A stretch of 33,536 nucleotides of DNA, from contig NW_021836913.1 in NCBI RefSeq assembly GCF_006345805.1, forward strand, positions 1 to 33,536. The letters are read 5' to 3'. Below are positions 31,668 to 33,536 of the stretch, piece after piece. The position numbers and the translations under genes are program-made. The notes below the pieces were generated by a model. The model saw only the letters and a program-made list of their open reading frames with translations, was not told the DNA's origin and ran no database searches. Source of the DNA: Octopus sinensis (lineage: Eukaryota). The stretch's first letter is position 1; every line of letters starts with the position of its first letter.

Positions 31668-32700
31668 TGGAGCTTCTCTATGCTGATGACCTTGCTCTAA
31701 TAGATGAGTCACTATCAAAACTAGAGAAGTTTCATGTTTTGAAGCACGGTCTAGAATCGAAGGGCCTTAGAGTCAATCTAGCAAAAACAAAATTCTTAAT
31801 AAGTAGGAAGGCAGACAAATCACAAATCCCTTCAGGTAGATGGCCCTGCTCGATCTGTGGAAAAGGTTTAGGTAGAAACTCCATAAGATGTACCCAGTGT
31901 AAGCTTTGGATACATAAGAGGTGTAGAAATATCAAAGGAAGGCTTACTGGGAAGATAGTTTTTGTGTTTGGCAAATGTTAACAAACACTGAAAGTGTGCA
32001 GAAAATATCTTCCGTCATATGCCAGGGGAAAAACTAGAAGTAGTTGATAGCTTCCGTTACCTAGGTGACCAAGTCAATAGCGAGGGTGGATGCTCTGAGA
32101 GTATAGCTGCTAGAATAAGAATAGCCTGGGCAAAGTTCAGAGAGTTCCTACCTCTGCTGGTGACAAAGGGCCTCTCGCTCAGAGTAAAAGGTAGACTGTA
32201 TGACGCATGTGTGCGAACAGCCATGCTACATGGCAGTGAAACATGGACTGTGACTGCTGAGGACATGCGTATACTTGCAAGAAATGAAGCCAGTATGCTC
32301 CGCTGAATGTGTAATGCCAGTGTGCATACACTATAGAGTGTAAGCGCCCTGAGAGAAAAGTTGGGCATAAGAAGCATCAAATGCGGTGTGCAAGAGAGAC
32401 GACTGCGCTGGTATGGTCATATGTTGCGTATGGATGATGACAGCTGTGTGAAAAAGTGTCACACCCTAGCAGTAGAGGGAACCTGTGGAAGAGGTAGACC
32501 TAGGAAGACCTGGGATGAAGTGGTGAAGCACGACCTTCGAACGTTGGGCTTCACTGAGGCGATGACAAGTGACCGAGACCATTGGAGATATGCTGTGCTT
32601 GCGAAGACCCGGCAAGCCAAGTGAGACCGTAACCGTGGCTTGTGTCAGTAAGAGTACCCGTCAGTCATTGGGCAATAAACTGCGCTTGCGAAGACCTGAC

Positions 32701-33170
32701 TGGCACGTAAAAGGCACAATTCGAGCGTGGTTGATGCCAGTGCCACCTGACTGGTCCCGTGCTGGTGGCAAGTAATAAGCAGCATTCGAGCGTGGTCGTT
32801 GCCAGTGCCGCCTGAGTGGCTGTCGTCCCGGTGGCACGTAAAAAGCACCATTCGAGCCAGGTCGTTGCCAGTACCTATTTCTTTATTACCCACAAGGGGC
32901 TAAACACAGAGGGGACAAACAAGGACAGACATAGGTATTAAGTGGATTACATCGACCCCAGTGCGTAACTGGTACTTAATTTATCGACCCCGAAAGGATG
33001 AAAGGCAAAGTCGACCTGGGCGGAATTTGAACTCAGAACGTAACGCAGACGAAATACCGCTACGCATTTCGCCCGGCGTGCTAACGTTTCTGCCAGCTCG
33101 CCGCCTGACTAACTCCCTTGCCAGTACCGCCTGACTAACTACCGTGCCGGTGGCACGTAAAAAGCACCCA
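32701..33170 (+). repeat. ~65-bp tandem repeat in the RTE 3'UTR (about 4 units, interrupted by a SINE)
   Basis: TGGCA(C/A)GTAA units at 32701, 32766, 32832 and 33151. Confidence 0.85.
32875..33106 (-). mobile_element. SINE family B, full length, nested in the RTE 3'UTR
   Basis: Reverse complement matches 30351-30583. Confidence 0.92.
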
Positions 33171-33331
33171 CTACACTCTCGGAGTAACTGGCGTTAGGAA
33201 GGGCATCCAGCTGTAGAAACTTTGCCAGATCTGATTGGAGCTTGGTGTAGCCTTCTGGCTTGCCAAGCCCTCAGTCAAACCGTCCAGCCTATGCCAGCAT
33301 GGAAAGTGGATGTTAAACGACGATGATGATG

Positions 33332-33433
33332 TATATATATATTTATGTGTGTATATATATTTATATACATATGTATGTATGTATGTCTCTCTCTCTCTCT
33401 CTCCCTCTATATATATATTATATATATATATAT

Positions 33434-33512
<79 letters not shown>

Positions 33513-33536
33513 TATATATATATACACATATATAGA
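33332..33536. repeat. (TA)n-dominated microsatellite
   Basis: Direct reading. Confidence 0.95.

Larger units (their letters stand above)
31668..33331 (+). mobile_element. 5'-truncated RTE-clade LINE (RT C-terminal half, 3'UTR, (GAT)n tail)
   Basis: ELLYADDLAL, GLRVNLAKTK, EKLEVVDSFRYLG, IRIAWAKFRE, KGRLYDACVRTAMLHGSETW, RRLRWYGHMLRM, GRGRPRKTW; stop at 32622-32624; internal stops and frameshifts. Confidence 0.95.

Noticed and set aside
32701-33170. CRISPR-like repeat array (also considered 11180-11430 and 14017-14545)
   Set aside because: Units are contiguous tandem repeats or are separated by microsatellites rather than unique spacers; eukaryotic context and no cas genes.

Overview
Eukaryotic, AT-rich, repeat-saturated DNA. 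I recognise the SINE/LINE content as octopus-like (coleoid cephalopod); this is inference. I found no supportable host-gene exon. Most of the window is microsatellites ((TA)n, (CA)n, (ATT)n, (GGT)n, (GAA)n) and nested, decayed transposons: CR1-group LINE ends, an RTE LINE with a PHD-like insertion, a Dong/R4 3' fragment, a Tc1 element, hAT/mariner/Tc2 MITEs, a Helitron helicase remnant and at least four tRNA-derived SINE families. The only intact-looking genes are two identical initiator tRNA-Met genes facing away from each other in a young inverted duplication. Three observations stand out. (1) A 266-bp tRNA-headed SINE, bounded by a perfect 12-bp TSD, carries a complete minimal type I hammerhead ribozyme motif; further degenerate or split hammerhead motifs sit at fold-back junctions elsewhere. 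(2) A 2-kb retroelement encodes only an ORF1-like protein (HAL1-like) and sits in a SINE promoter with a 9-bp TSD. (3) A ~550-bp non-coding retroposon abuts (TAA)n tracts next to a Dong/R4 fragment. All alignments, folds and translations were done by eye; element boundaries without a TSD are approximate.
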